DNA of 64,000 nucleotides, taken from contig CM082584.2 of the NCBI GenBank assembly GCA_040954595.2, positions 12,430,875 through 12,494,874 on the forward strand. The letters are read 5' to 3'. This document shows, piece after piece, positions 11,601-26,600 of this stretch. Below the pieces are notes generated by a model. It did not search any database and was not told the origin of the DNA. It saw nothing but the letters and a program-made list of their open reading frames with translations. Every line of letters starts with the position of its first letter. Position 1 is the stretch's first letter. The stretch comes from Balanoglossus misakiensis. Its lineage: Eukaryota > Animalia > Hemichordata. A program made the position numbers and the translations under genes.

Positions 11601-14600
11601 AGTGTCTATCCATTATATGTGATAGCATGGTTCATCTGTAATAACTTATTTTTGTCTTTATGTATTTTTCTTTCTTCTCAGTCTTTTTCTCTGGCAAAAA
11701 AGAAGATTGTTCACTACACAAGTTTTGATGCTAGAAAACGTGCCAATGCAGCTTTTCTTATAGGAGCATATTCAGTAAGTATTTTCTGTGGATGTTGGTA
11801 GTTCTTGCAACACAAGTCCTGTATGTAACTCTATACTTTCATGTAATTCACTTGAAATCTATCTCCGACCGCAGTTTGACTGCGGTTCACCGCGGTAGTT
11901 AACTTTGATGTCTAATACTGGGAAGCAAGAGATGCTACTTGTATTCATGGTGGGTATAAATAACTATGGATAAGCTATTTTCATTCCCATATGGTATTAC
12001 AGCAGGTATTATTTTACAGATATGGTCATAAAGCATTTTGGGCCCGTATCTTGTCCCTACCCACAAAAATATCAGCACAGATCCCACACGTAAGAATCAA
12101 TTATTAGCTGCGAGAGTCTTCTTGAAGAAGTGACGAATGATGATGAAGCCATGTTGTTTCAATTGATCAGGATTGAAAGAGCAGACGGATTTGATTTATA
12201 GTTTTGAGTACACATTCCGTGATCCTGTATGGTATAGGGCATAATGGAGTCCCTGCATCCTGGAAGCGGGGAATTAACCTCTGACCTCGGCAACAAGATG
12301 AATGTCTCAATCATGACAGATGACTCCTGTTCTTCCCCTCCTCCTCCTCCTGGAATTTTTTAAATGCTCATACTGTATTTTTTGTCTGTTTGGTGTCACC
12401 AATCAATTATTTATGGTTGTGTAAAATTTTCCCACCATTGATGACCAGGAAGTAGAGAGAGATATTTTTGCTTGGCGCTGTTGACGCGGTCTGTCACACA
12501 TCTGTTGTCATGGCACAGATACATACTAACACACATTCTATAGTTTCTCATGCTGTCACACTCTAGTGAATACTCTATGTTTTGATCAAGTGATAATGCC
12601 ATGGGTTATTTGCAAATGGAAGCTACTCTGGGATTCTGCACTGAGGATAGCTGACTCAAGCTTGCCAAGAGGCATGTCACTAATGAATCTAAAGGTCAAG
12701 TTCATACAGGTCATCGACCTAAACTTGGAAAGTTGTAAACAGAATCAAGGCCATACTGCATGCGCACGCATTGACATATTTTGTATGCTTGTATTTCACA
12801 GATTTTGACTTCTAACATTTTTCATTTTGGAGTTGGGTTTCTGATTTGAAGGGTAGCTGTTTTTGTGATAATGTCAATCGGCTCATATTTCCACTCCAGC
12901 AGTTTAGCTTTCAGATGTATATGTTTTATTGAATCTGTAAAATTTATAATCTGATTAAATCTGCCAAGTAGACTTCTCTAATCTGATTACGCTGAAAATA
13001 TGACTTAATCAAAAAGTTTGGATCAATAAGGCGTGTTTATTGCAGTTGGACGCAAGTTTGTGAGAGAAGCGAATCAATCAAATTTCCAAATGTGAAATAC
13101 GTGATGTATAGTGTGCGAGTTTGCAGCTGGGCATAAGCAATAAGTTGCTGGCGAACAGTGGCTGCTTCTATGAAGTGAACAATACATTTCCTGCTTGACG
13201 TAAACAGAAGTATTCTCTGGCTTGTTTGTTTAGCATATAAACAACGGCGATCACTGTTGCATTGCCACCCCCCACCCCCCAACATTTCAACATTTCTGGG
13301 GCTTTCACAGTATATTGAGGACAATGCTGTTCCACTGGTTGTGGAAAAAAAAAGTGGTGAAAAATACGTGTATCTGTCCGCTGATTACAGATGCATTTGA
13401 TCCGTCTCGTGAGAAGGGTCTTTTCTCAGAAGAAAGCAAGCTAAGTGACCCTAGCGTTGACCTCGTGAAAGAGATCAATAATGTAGTGGAATTTTGTGAG
13501 GCAGCTGGAACCATAGATGAGGCCATTTAACGGACCCACGCACATGTCACCTATTGTCCTGCTCTGAGAAATTTGTGGACATTGAACCATGCCCGGGGAG
13601 GGAGACACTGCATCGGCACGTTTGATACGAGCAGTGTGATTATAGGCATTTCAAAACATTCTGAACAGAAGGGCTGGTTGCATTCAGTTTGCCTTTCACA
13701 GTGGTTTCTTTTATGTGACATGGGGCAGTAATGGTGGAGGTTTTTTCTCTCTCTACATGTCAAACTTGTAAATTTAGACCCCACAGAACACCCAAAGAAC
13801 AGAGTAGCTTTGTGCCTTTCCTTGAGTAGAAAATTCCAAATGATTTATCTTTATTAAAGGTATACAGTCGCTTCTAACTTAAATATGCCCATGTACAGTT
13901 AAGAGTATGTGTCTGTCTTTGAATGATGAGGTGATAGTCACGACGACAGATATAAACTTTTCTCTTTATAGCACAGCTAATGCAACTTTTTTTTCTCTAT
14001 CTCTTTTCTATAGATTATTTATTTAAAGAAAACTCCTGAAGAAGCATATCGGCCACTTGTAGCTGGCAATAACCCTCCATATTTACCATTCAGGTAAGTT
14101 TGTGTGATCATGGCTATGTAGAGTCTGATTCCAGGGGAAAATCCAATGTCCATTTTTTTCGGAAGAATGTGTTTACAAACAGGATGTGTTTTTGTTGTAA
14201 TCTGAACCATCCAAAATGTGTACATAGGTCACTATGTGACCTTTCTGTACCTTTGATTTACTTTGATGGCTATCGGCATTCAGCTTGGTTATGTAAAAGT
14301 GCATGTACAATGCTGGGTTGTAATTTGTGATATTGCAATATTCATTTGGCCTTGGAGCGGTGTTGATATCGCTAAAAATAACTGACCATCTGGTGTGTGC
14401 GTATATCTAGTGATGGATTTGAACAGAGGTGCATTTGAATAGCCACAGTCAACAGTATACATTTTACCTGAATCTAGGTTACATGTATTATAATGTTTTT
14501 GAGACAAATTCATCTGACATGGAACATTCAAAAATCTTTATCTGCCATCTCGTAAACAAGTCACTAAACATACATGTTCCCAAGATAATTACACATAATT

Positions 14601-17600
14601 GATCATTAAAATTTGTCAATGTCCTTACTTATTATGAATTGTTAGTTAAGGACTGTGTGTGGGTCATACATAAACATGAGTGATGGGTCGTTCAGGTTTT
14701 AGTGTCAGGAAACAGTTGTTTTTGCTCTCAGCATGTTTGTCCACGGCAGTGTCTGATATCACCTGTGGCTGGCAGCAAAACAAACAAAAACAAGTCACGT
14801 AGATTGATCACATCTGATAACCAGTCTAATTTAGAACCTGATATCTGACACAACTGAAATCGATAACAGCATTGCCACACTGCCAGTCATGTGACATATG
14901 CTGACAAATAGTATGGATTGTTTTGGTTCATTGTTTGATATCGGGCGTTCCAATGCACGTGATACTTCGATCATGATGAGCTGGGCAACCTTTCACCCTG
15001 ATTTCTCCAACTTTTGAGTTCATCCTGATCCAGGCTAGAAAGATTTGGAACCAAGTATTGTGAACATGTTTGAATCAGCAGTGCATTGTGGGAGGGGTTT
15101 TGCATCGTATCAGTGCAGTGTGAAAGGTGGTGGCTTTGCACGTTCCTGACTGTGCCAGTCAGTATACAAGTAAACAAGTGAAAACAGTAGCTTCCTACTA
15201 CCTGTGATTCAGGTACTCATTACTGTAATATGTATCCCATTGAACGTTTCTCTGATACAAAAATAATGGCCGTCATTACTGCAAATACAGGCATGTGTTT
15301 GTATTGTTTTGTTGTGTCATTAACTGACCAGTTCTGTGCAACAACAAAGCCTTTGTAGATTAACTGTGGTTGCTAATACTCCTTCATTGCTTAGAGACTC
15401 ACAGGTCAGTAATATTGGTGTGCGGGTGACTATGATGTTTCCAAATGAAACCTATGTTGGAATGAAGGTCAGCATTTCCCAGAAACTAGAAAATTGGTGG
15501 CTCTTCTCTGTTGGAGATCTATATTCTGGCCATTCATCATTCTTCAGGAATCTTACCTGTTGAAGACCAAGGACCCCACCCACTGATTCTTTGAAGTGGA
15601 CCGGGCTTTAGTTGTAATCTAATGGGATTCGGAAGAGTCAACACAATACAAGACAATAAATGTTTGTTTTCTGTTGTTCAACAAATGTGACTTTGGTTCC
15701 CTACTGAAGTGCATGTCGAGGTTTGGTACTGGTTCACTTGTCACGAAAAGAGAAGTGAAGAAAGAGATCTTTCATTCCTTTATTCTTTACAAGAATACTG
15801 ATGGCCTCAGCAAGTAATTGTTTTGAGGTCACTTGCATTGCCAGTTATCTTTTTTGTTCATTTGAGTGTAAATAATGATTCATTACTCTTTTCAGTGTAC
15901 TGTTGCCTCAAATCAGAATTGTCTTTCGAGTAGTTTTGCCAGGTGTAGGATATCATGTCAAAGCCTTCAAAAAGTTGATTGCTGAAAAGTTCGGTAACAG
16001 CAGGCTCTGTGTGTGAGAGAGAGCGAGAAAGAGGCAGAAGGCAATTTGTTCAACTCAGCAGGAGCATTTCTTATTGTAGTGTATTGTATTGGTTGTGGAT
16101 ATTTGTGTGCTATTCAACAATATGGGCTGACATCAGCAACTTCTATCAGCACCACGATTTCAGGTTAGACACAGGGTCACTCTGCCGACTGCCTGTACAA
16201 ACTGGTGAGTGATTGGCCAAACTTGGCCTCAGTCCAGGCAGGGATAAGACACAAAGCAACCAATGGTAATCCTTCTTTCATCTTGCCTCCTCTCCGCGAC
16301 AGCCACCGTTTCCAGGTGATGTGAACATAAAAGACAGAGATGTCATCAGAGCTCGGTGTTCTTATGCAAAGTGGGGAACCTTTGTTATCCGTCCACCGTG
16401 GTTCTCCCCACTGGTGTGTCCGTGATCTCTTACAAACAATTTCATGTCAACATATCTAACAATTCATAAAAATAGCTTCAAATCCAAGCAGCTCAGCCCT
16501 AGTCTTAATCCTCTGTCCAGATCTTCCTCTCCTGTGATTTTCTGTTCCCCCCCATGCACATTCTTACAAGGTGAGCATTAAATTCTTGGCGACTGTCCAA
16601 GATCAGCATGCTCTTGAAAAAGCAATTGAGCCCTGTGTGTGTGTGTGTCCATACAGACCGGCTTTTATATCACCTTCCTCTATCTGAACAGCAGATTTAT
16701 GAGAGTTGAACAGTTAAAACCGCATCTGGTATTTAGCACCTCAGCAATATACCCGCATCTAGGAGTACTGTGTAGATATGGGTGACCGTGACGTCTTTTT
16801 TGCCGTCACCTGCATTTTTGTGGTGGTTTTTATCAGATAGCTAACGTCATATCATTGAAGAAAAGAGCATAATTCAGCCGGCTAAGCCTGGCTACCGGGA
16901 GACTACGGCCACTAGGCATTGTTGAATGACGTGTTGGTAATTGTTATGCTCCGGGCATTGTGTGCATAGATTTACAGCAGAGATTGTTGTGTGTATGTCA
17001 CCTGGCATACACACTACATACCATAGTTACCACACTGTCATTTCATTAAGGTAACGTCAGACCCCCTTTAAAAAAATATTGGCAAAAGAATTGTACAACG
17101 AGGTACAGTTAAACCAGTCTGACACCCATTGCCTTAATTTAAAACGAGGGAACTATGGCTCTGGGCTTTTCAAGTCAATTTTCAACACCCACGGGCCACC
17201 CCCAAAAATGAAAAAGGATGCTAATGGTTGTACTTTTGCTGAGCCATCATATAACTAATAGAAATGCCATGTTTTCTATTTATCATGTGGGCAGCTTAAT
17301 TGGATGGGGATAATTATCTGATATTTTAAATGAAATCAACTGTGCCGCAGTATGATATGACTATAAATAGAACATCGATATTACCTTAGTTACCGGTAAA
17401 TGTACCTTTGTTCATGATCAATTTTTTTTAGAAATTACAGGTTAGCTCGATAAGTCCACAGCAAATGCTGAGATATTGTTTTATTTGAGGTTAAGGTATT
17501 GGAGTGGGGCCATATTTCTCGTGCTAGGCAGCCGTATAGGCTTGTGTGGAATGCTATTGTTATTTATCATTCAGGCATTTCGCCTGACTGTGTGTTTAAA

Positions 17601-20600
17601 ATCACCTTGTATCCACCAATGCACCCAGTCCTGTGTAGATTTTATTAATTTCTGGGGAGAGCTTGTTCCAGCTGTTTCTGGTGGATTAGACCTAAAACAC
17701 TGAATATTCAACTAAATTAAACATTCATGTATGTCCATAGATTTTGGTGAAAAAAATTAAGCGTTTATATTTTTCATATGAATTGTACGAAGATGATGAC
17801 AATCTGTGGGCATACGCGACTTACGTCGAAGAGTAATGACAACTGACTGCGTGAACACACCAAATCAACAGATGAAATATTGATAATATTCAGTTCAAGC
17901 TGTCACCTGCTGCGTTGGAATTCAGTGGGGCACAGTATATAAAACCAGGATTAAAATATCTGACGTTTCATTCATCATATACTCCAACAAACCTTAGTAC
18001 TTTGAATCACACGTACGTTCAACAACTGAGGTGTTTATTCGTCCCCCCATTTGAACTACAGATGCACACGTCGCTCTTGATTTAATGTGTTGTTTACGTC
18101 ACTTGGTATCAATGTCGTGCGGAACACAGTTTGAAAATCAAGATATTGGCCGCGTGCCATAGAATCGAGATTATTGAATGCTCATATCGGTTGATCATTT
18201 CCTAGGCATTGTGTCATAACAGTAAACGCCCAAATGTTTGTCTAGCTACCATTGCATTTTCTTCAGGGAGAAAGAGCGGCGGACAAATTTTCCACCATTT
18301 ACTGTCACCCATGACGGTGTTTTATTAAACTTTAAATTGAAATATGATGAATTGTCAATTCAAACGTCAGGGTTGTGATGTCACCCACTTTTACGCACTA
18401 CACAATGAATAATTCAAGGGCGTGTTTTTAATAATTGATTTTATTCCTAAATGATTGATTTCCACATCCACATTTACTGGTGAGGTGGGGGCAGCACCCT
18501 GCGGACTTTAAAACACTGAGAAAAGTTGTCAGCACTGTTATAGGATGTACATGATGTTTATTTATACAGAATAGTTGTCGAAAGAAGTCATTGATAGAGT
18601 CGAAAACAGCCATGTGAAATATTGCTACTTTTTCTGCGCACATTTCCTGTCTAATGGACCATGGGAAGACACAATTTTCTGGTTAATTAGATTGGATTTT
18701 CAAATGACAGTCGGTTTGGTTTAATTTATATATGTAGAATGGAGGTGCATGCTTGCATGATAAAATATATTCATTATGCAGCTGAGTTGTTTGAAGTGCA
18801 TGACACATCCAAAATATTGACATTAATATCTCATTTTTTGTTGTGACAGTTGTAAGTTTGAAGTAGAAGCAAGTTTTCAGTCCCATGTTTCATCGTTTTT
18901 GTCTTTGCGTCATTTACAACGATCAGCTGACTTCCCCTTTCCAGTGTAATGTGATATACTGTGCAATGCTGGGTGTCAGCAGGTGGATTTCTGTATGTTC
19001 ACACGCACAATAGTGAAGTGGTAATGTTACCTGTGTTCAATATGACAGATTCAGAGTATAGCCTCTGGTGACTGGAGAAAAAGTATTGTGTCCACACCCC
19101 ATGTCTCTGAAAATGGATCGGGCGGAATCTTTGAGAACAATGGGGTTATGCCAAATAATGGTTATGAAGGGGGTGATAGCATGAATTGAATTCCATGGAG
19201 TGGACTGAATTGGCCGTGTCTGCTGGTTGGTGTTTGGTTTCAGGTTCAGAAATGTACCAGGCCTTTCACGGTAATTCATTTGACAATGGAAATGGAAGTG
19301 ATTTAATTATATGTGTGCGTTGGTCTGCATGGATGCATGGTTATCAACATTCTGGCATTCACATTGCACAGAGAGAAGTGAATTTTTCGAATAATGGCAA
19401 AGCCATGAGTGCAGTTTGCATCAGACAGAATCTGACAGGTGAAATAGAAACTCGACTTCCCAAAAGCCATCAGTGTCGTGGTGCCCATGATTTGCACAAA
19501 GAGTTTGCCCTTATGGTTGCCAGACACATGACATTTTAATCAGATTACCAGTAATGCGATAGCCTTGAGTTACATGTAAGGAGTCTTAATATAAATCTTG
19601 CATCGATGATGCCCCTTCAATCCTTGCTGGTTTCATGATATAAAGTCTGACTTTGTCAGAAAACTGAGCTGCTTTTGCTGAAAGACATCATGTTTTGTGT
19701 GTCGCCCACTGTCTCCATGTCGTTACATTTCAGCGAGAAACACTTAGAAAAGCCATTTTATCAACATTTATAGACCAGAAATTTGATCAAGTTTCTGTAC
19801 CTCCATCCATGTCAGAGTAGTGTTATTCTCTTCTAATTTTTTGTGTCTTGTTTATGATTTGTTTCAGGGATGCATCATTTGGGACATGTTCGTACAACCT
19901 GACACTACTAGACTGTCTCAAGGCAATAGCTAAAGCTTTAGAACTTGGTTTCTTTCACTTTGACACGTTTGATGTAGAAGAGTACGAACACTATGAGGTG
20001 AGTGGTAAAAGGGTCACTATGCAGACAAGCCTTGACTGATTTTCATTCCATCACAATTTCCTTCAGTGGGGACTGTGTCATTGACAATGACTTGTCAACA
20101 CTAAAGAAGTACCTCCACTTCCCTCAGCCTCTGTGATTCTTCTGAAAAGCAAATTTCATGTGAATGTGTGTTAAGGCATATTGATTTCTAATAGCACAAG
20201 TCTTTTCTAGTTCCTGCATTATTGTGTAGCACAGCAAACATGCAACCAGTTACAAATATTGGCATACCCAACAGTCGATACCAGCTCAACAATTAGGCAT
20301 TTGAACAACTATAAAATGTACCCACATATATGGCAGAATGTTATATCTATTTCTTAGTTGTTGAAGTGTTGAAACCAGCTGCTGGTATTTTCATTGTTAA
20401 TGGCACTCAGAACCAGAATAGCATAAAGTACACCTCTATAGCCTTCCAGTCAATTAAATAAACGCTCAATAATGTCAAACGTGATGTAATCATTCTTTAC
20501 TAGAGGGTCCGTGTGTATTTGCTGGCGGTATTTTTTAACCAATTTCTATAGCTACAGAACCTTAACTGGTGGCCATCTATGCAATCAATATATAATGTGG

Positions 20601-23600
20601 AATGGTTAATAATTAATTCATATTGGGCTGAGCTCATTAACTGTATTTCATTACTTGCGAATATTAATACTAATAATAGCAATGATTTCCCAAGAGAGTA
20701 GATATCTTTCGGGCAAGCATGATTATTGTCAGTTAGATCTTAGAGTTATAAATGATGACAAATCCATACACATACAAGCATGCACACTGCCACACATACA
20801 TGTATAAAAATGTTGAAAAACCTAAATTTTACGTTGTGGATTACATATACTGTAATAGTCATTCCAATTTTTTGTAAAATGCTAAATTGACTTGTACAGC
20901 TGTTCCTTGTTAGGACAATTTAACTCTAAAATTTGATGTAATACTTTCATGATGTATATAGCAGATGCCTGAATCTGCTGTCAATTTAACTGGCATGTAT
21001 GCCTCTTGCCATTTCAGAAAAATTGACGTAATAATGAAATCTACATTAGTGCTCATTATGTCAGTTAGCTTTATGGTCACTCTTCATTTATACACGCCAA
21101 TAACCGATGCACAATTTCTATAACATTTATACCTTTCTTGATTATCATGGGTGTTTCCATAGAAATGGCTATTTATGAACGTATTGTCTGATTTTGACCA
21201 GTAATGATGATGTGTGTCAAACCCGAACCCCTGGAGACTTCCGTATTCCATGTGGGAATAGACTCTTTCAAAAGACGGATCTTTTCCGTGTTCACACCCA
21301 TTAAACAATCTCTATGGAAGCTTATTTTGATTTAATTTTTGCCAACCGACTGGAATTCTCAGAGTTCGCAGTGGGTGTCGGGAGAGAAAGGGGAAACACT
21401 GAGTCTAGTTCAGTCATTCGTGAAAATGTGGTATTTATGACGCAGTCTTGTTGTTTGTCTGTCAATCAAGAAAGTGAATAACATTTGGCCAAGGCTTATT
21501 TCCTAGGAAATAGTTTTATAAATGCAAATCAAGAAGCAGACAGATAGATATATCTACGTTTTGGAGCAAACATCTCTCATTTTTCACGCATTTCCATGTT
21601 TCTTTTCAGCGTGTTGAAAACGGTGATTTCAACTGGATCATTCCCGACAAATTCCTGGCTTTCAGTGGTCCACACAATAAGAGTAAAATAGAGAATGGTG
21701 AGTTTGATTCTGTCCAGAAAACAACTACTTCTATTTTTTTCCCCCTTGAAATGTATGAAGTTTGCTGTATTTTAATGCCACCAGTTCCACTGACAGATTT
21801 GTTCAATTTCTGTTTGGATTTCCACCCAGGCTATCCTCTGCATGCACCAGAAGCTTACTTCCCGTACTTTAGGAAACACAACGTCACGGTGGTCGTACGG
21901 CTCAACAAGAAGATCTACGATGCAAAAAGATTTACAGACGCGGGCTTCGACCACCACGATCTGTTCTTCGTTGACGGCAGCGTGCCAAGTGATGCCCACG
22001 TGCAGAAATTCCTGTCGCTGTGTGAGAATGCAGAGGGAGCTGTATCTGTCCACTGTAAAGGTGGGCCCTCTTCATCTTGTGTTGATCTCACCTCTTAGGC
22101 ACTTGATCAATTTGGTTCTTACAGAATAATGCTGACTGAAGTGAAACAGTGAGACATATATGTATACAATGTGGGATGGTCAGAAATTCAACATTGACAA
22201 AGCTCTCAGTTTGGTCCCCGTGAAGACAGTTATAAACAGATGTATACTGTCTTTGAAATTTGTACTAACATGTGTCTTTTATGTACTTGACAGCTGGTCT
22301 TGGCCGTACAGGGACACTTATAGCATGCTACATGATGAAACACTACAGATTTACAGCAGCAGAGTGTATTGCTTGGCTGCGCACGTGCAGACCTGGCTCT
22401 GTCATTGGACCACAGCAACACTTTCTGGAAGAGTATGTATGATTTGTTTGTGTGTAACTGTACTGCTGCAGGACTCGTGGAGGCGCTATGTCGATAGTCT
22501 TGCATTTAACCTTCACCCAATGTCACAGTACTTGTGTGAAAAGGGTGAGGGAATTTTTCCTTCGGAACGCCATTGACTGTGTCCCATTCAGCTTGACCGA
22601 AGTGATATAGAAAATCGATTTCTTTTGATCTCTTCAACAAAAGTGTTATTTCTTTGCTTGATACCTTGAAAGCAACCACTGTGTCTGTCATTTGCAGGAA
22701 ACAAGCAAGCATGTGGGTTCAAGGTGACATTTACAGAAAGAAACAGAAGGAGGGCAGAATAACAAACAAATCAAGCGTGACTAACATCTTGTCAGCTGTC
22801 GATGATATCTCCATCGAAGACACCGACAGAGGCTATTCCAAGATGGAGGTACGATCCCCTTTTGTTGTTTGAGCGAAGAATGTTGTTTATACATAGACCT
22901 TAAAGTTCAATTTGGTAGTATTTTCTTTCAGATCATCAGTTTTAACATAATGTATTTGTGTGTAGTCTTGTCATCCAAAGCAGAATTTCTTCAGTGGCTA
23001 GAAGAAGTTTGTATCAAAGCCTTTCATATCACTGAAAAATAACAGAATGCAAATATATATCAGTGAAATGAGTAAGAACTCAAATTGTCTTCTGCAAGTG
23101 AACGAAATCATATTGTGTGTGTGTTTGACCATGTCGTTTTTATGTGTGATGGCTTTGGCTGTGAGGTCTTCTAGGTTAGTGTTCAAAGTTCCTTTAGAAT
23201 AGAATGATCTTGTACCAAAGTCTCATTCATAAAAGGACGTGGGCAAATTTCTCATTTGCCACCTTTTCTAGTGAGAGAATGTGAGCTTTTGAAAATCTCC
23301 ACAGATTCAAATCTGAAGCCACTTGTGTGGTTGAAACTTTGGAAAAGATAAGTTTTCCTTGGACACAAAAATTGTATGAGATAAAAGTGAGGACGACTGA
23401 TCTTGATTCGATTGGTCATGCTGGTCATGTTACCAGGGAAACCAAAGCTCACAGTGTGATTGGCCAAGCCTGATCAAAGGTGGCAGATGATTGACAGATA
23501 TTGTCTCAGAAGCCATATAGCAAAATGCTGTTCTTGTTACAGGATGGGAGCGATGCAAATATATGTACGCCAGACAGTGATGCTAACCATAACGATCTGC

Positions 23601-26600
23601 ACACATTAGATAAATATCAGGTAAAAGAATCACTGCCCGTCCCCCCGTCCCCCACCCACTCCGCCATGTTACTACACAAATTTTAATAAAATCTAGGCAA
23701 GTAATGCCTCATCGTAGCATAGGGGATGTAGGGTTAGTTTTAGGAACATGTAAGGTGTATAGTCTGTAAAGAGTCATTTTTGTGGAGCTTCACGGTGCCA
23801 TGCATGTTGTTATTTGTGTTTAATGTTTTTTTTTCAAATCTTCATTGTAGTTTTCTGACAATTCTTTTCTCCAGCCCAATCATCTGCCTTCTTGTTACTA
23901 TGCGTTAGTTCCCCCAGTGTCCTGTCTCATGGTAAGACTCTGATCTGATGACCAAGTTAATCCAGAATTAATTAAAAAACCTAGCTCAGAACCACAAAGC
24001 TCAAATCCTTTCACCCCCGCGATTGCATGGTATGTGGGACCTACCACACCATTGAGAGCTAGGGGTTGTACCAAGTCGTGTTGTTGAAAGGACGTTACTC
24101 CCGACAGTATTTTTTCAGGGTATCACGTCTAGCAGCAACATTTGAATTCAGTCTGGGCCGATTGACTGGGACTTGTCTTGGAAACTTTAGTAGCCATAAA
24201 TGTACATAATACCATGGATCACTGCCATGTGCGCCTGGCCTAGACAGCTATCGAATTTGAAGTTAATTTTATTGGCAGAACACTGAACAAATTGGGTCCC
24301 AGCGATGTCTAGTCTTGTCATAAAAAGTCTTAATGACGACAGCCCTGCGTACACTTGATGAAATTTACATTGTGTTACCATTTAAGTGCTTAATCAATAC
24401 ATATTACTGATTGTAGATCAGATCATTTACTTTGTTGTGTTGTGTAATGTGTGGCCTTCATCACTGCTGCTGTGTGTAGTGTTGTTGTTGTAAGCTTTGC
24501 ATGGCATCCGTGTAAGACTTCAATGTTGTGTTGGTAACAGCGTTTTATACTAATAACTGGTGTTTTCATTTCATATCTTTTGAGTTTCATATAAACTTAA
24601 TGGGGATAGTTTAAACTCAATATGTGGATAGTTTAAACTCAAACGTTGAACACTGATTTGGATCATGTGATGCTAGTCCAGCCAATCGCAGTGCATGTTT
24701 TATATGTCACATGACACAAAAGACCCTCCCTTCACCAATCCTGTTCCTCCCTGTGATACCAACGTGATAATCCATGTCAGGATATGGATATTGCAGAGAG
24801 TGCTTTGGGTTTTAACATGCTGATGTGTGTCTTACTAGCAACTAACCCTACTAGAGTTGTATAGTGTGGGGTGTGGTGTAGGCTTACAGGAGTACATGTA
24901 CATGTTGCTGCAAAACACATCATTACATAAAATTCTTGTTACCAACCATATCTCTTTTCTCTGTTTCATCTTTTATGTCCTTGTGTATCATGCATCTGTT
25001 GTATCTTCCATGGTTGTGTCTCCATTTCTGTCTGCCGTGTGTATACCTCTTCCTATCATGTCCATCAATATCCATCATTTCTCGTTCTCGCTACCAACTA
25101 CATCCCACGACCCTGTTAGTCAGATCTGTACACACGTCAAGTACCCCTAGCATCTGGCCATGTCCTTGCATCAAGAGTCTGTCATAATATTGGTCATTTA
25201 AGGCAAGAATCTTCAAAATGTGTCGGTGATATCCCTCATGTAGAAAGTGTCAAACTCAAGTGCAATATTCAGACGTGTATCATCTCTCTCTCTCTTGTCT
25301 GGATTCTGTTTCACATCTCCTCACGGCTGTAGTAACAGCAGTGTTTCTGCCTGTATGACTTTTCTGGGTTTCTTGTCTTTCATCCTACAGGTTCATAACA
25401 CAACAGCTTCTCTCATACACAAACACATGATCAGCATCAATACATCACACCTCAACCATCGCATCAACCCACCAGCTGGTGGGGGTGGTGGTTACTATGA
25501 GTACATGATCACCATAGTTACACATTTCAACTGTCGCCTTGACTCGGTGTGGCTTGGTTTGCATGGTAAATGTAGCCAATAAGTTAAAAAGTCAGTTCAT
25601 AACATTGTGTGTTTTTATCTCTGATGTCTGCAGCAGACCTACGACAGCAGACCAAGGCGGGGCCAGCCCATTATGACACAGGGGGACAAGCTGAGACATC
25701 TGAAGCTGCAGAGAAAACCCAGGTCAGCAACCACTGGAGCTCTCAAGTAAGTTGAACTTAGTGATCAGGAATTGTGTATTCACCCGTGGGTTCATGATCA
25801 TACAGGTTGTTGACATGTATGCTATATGGCAGAATCACAATGAACAGCTCAAACACCATGAGGTATGGTACAAAAAAAATCAAACATGACCTGTTAGTGT
25901 AAATTCTGCACACAGACCAGCGCACTCGACATAAAACAGTCACCTCACACGTCATTCCTAACTTGGCATGGCAATCAGATGGCATGCATGATATCATGTT
26001 TAAACATTTTTGTCTCTGAATGTTTTAGGTTAGAAGATGGCAAAATCCATTCGCGGTCACCATCCCAACCATTCAGGTAAGCTCTTTGATAGACATTCCT
26101 GTTTTGTTATTTATCACACATGCACCATTTCACAGAAATCAGACTGGAACATCAAATATGGTTGTGCCGTTTCCCACATTGTTGTCTTTTCACTGTTTAT
26201 TTGTGCTTTGATTGAACCGTGGAGTCATACATTTTCTCCAGCAAAATGCAGAATTTAATGGAGGTGGCTAAAAGAATTACATGTAGTATTTTTCATTGTG
26301 CTTGAGCAAGCTCTATGGGGATAACTCAATATTTGAAAACATTTTAGAAATGTTATAATTTTCTTCACCCTGTTAAAAGTAGACCTGTCTCTCTCTATCT
26401 GGCACGCTAAGTTGTAACGGTAATTTGCAGTAAAATAATGGATCCAAATACACGTCATAATTCTCTATTTCAACTCCTTCACAGTGGCAATTCACTGAAA
26501 AGCTTCTTAAGGTAAACTCTCAGAATCTGCCTGCAATCATGGTCATCTATTAAACCATCTTGGCCTTCCTTACCTCATTTGCATGGTCTGCTGTTTGGCC

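Noticed and set aside
13305-13530. Overlapping short intronic ORFs in CDC14
   Set aside because: They show no recognisable domain or convincing splice sites and are consistent with chance ORFs.
25391-25582. Possible extra CDC14 exon ([16 protein letters not shown])
   Set aside because: The acceptor is plausible, but there is no good donor or homology, so it is unsupported without transcripts.
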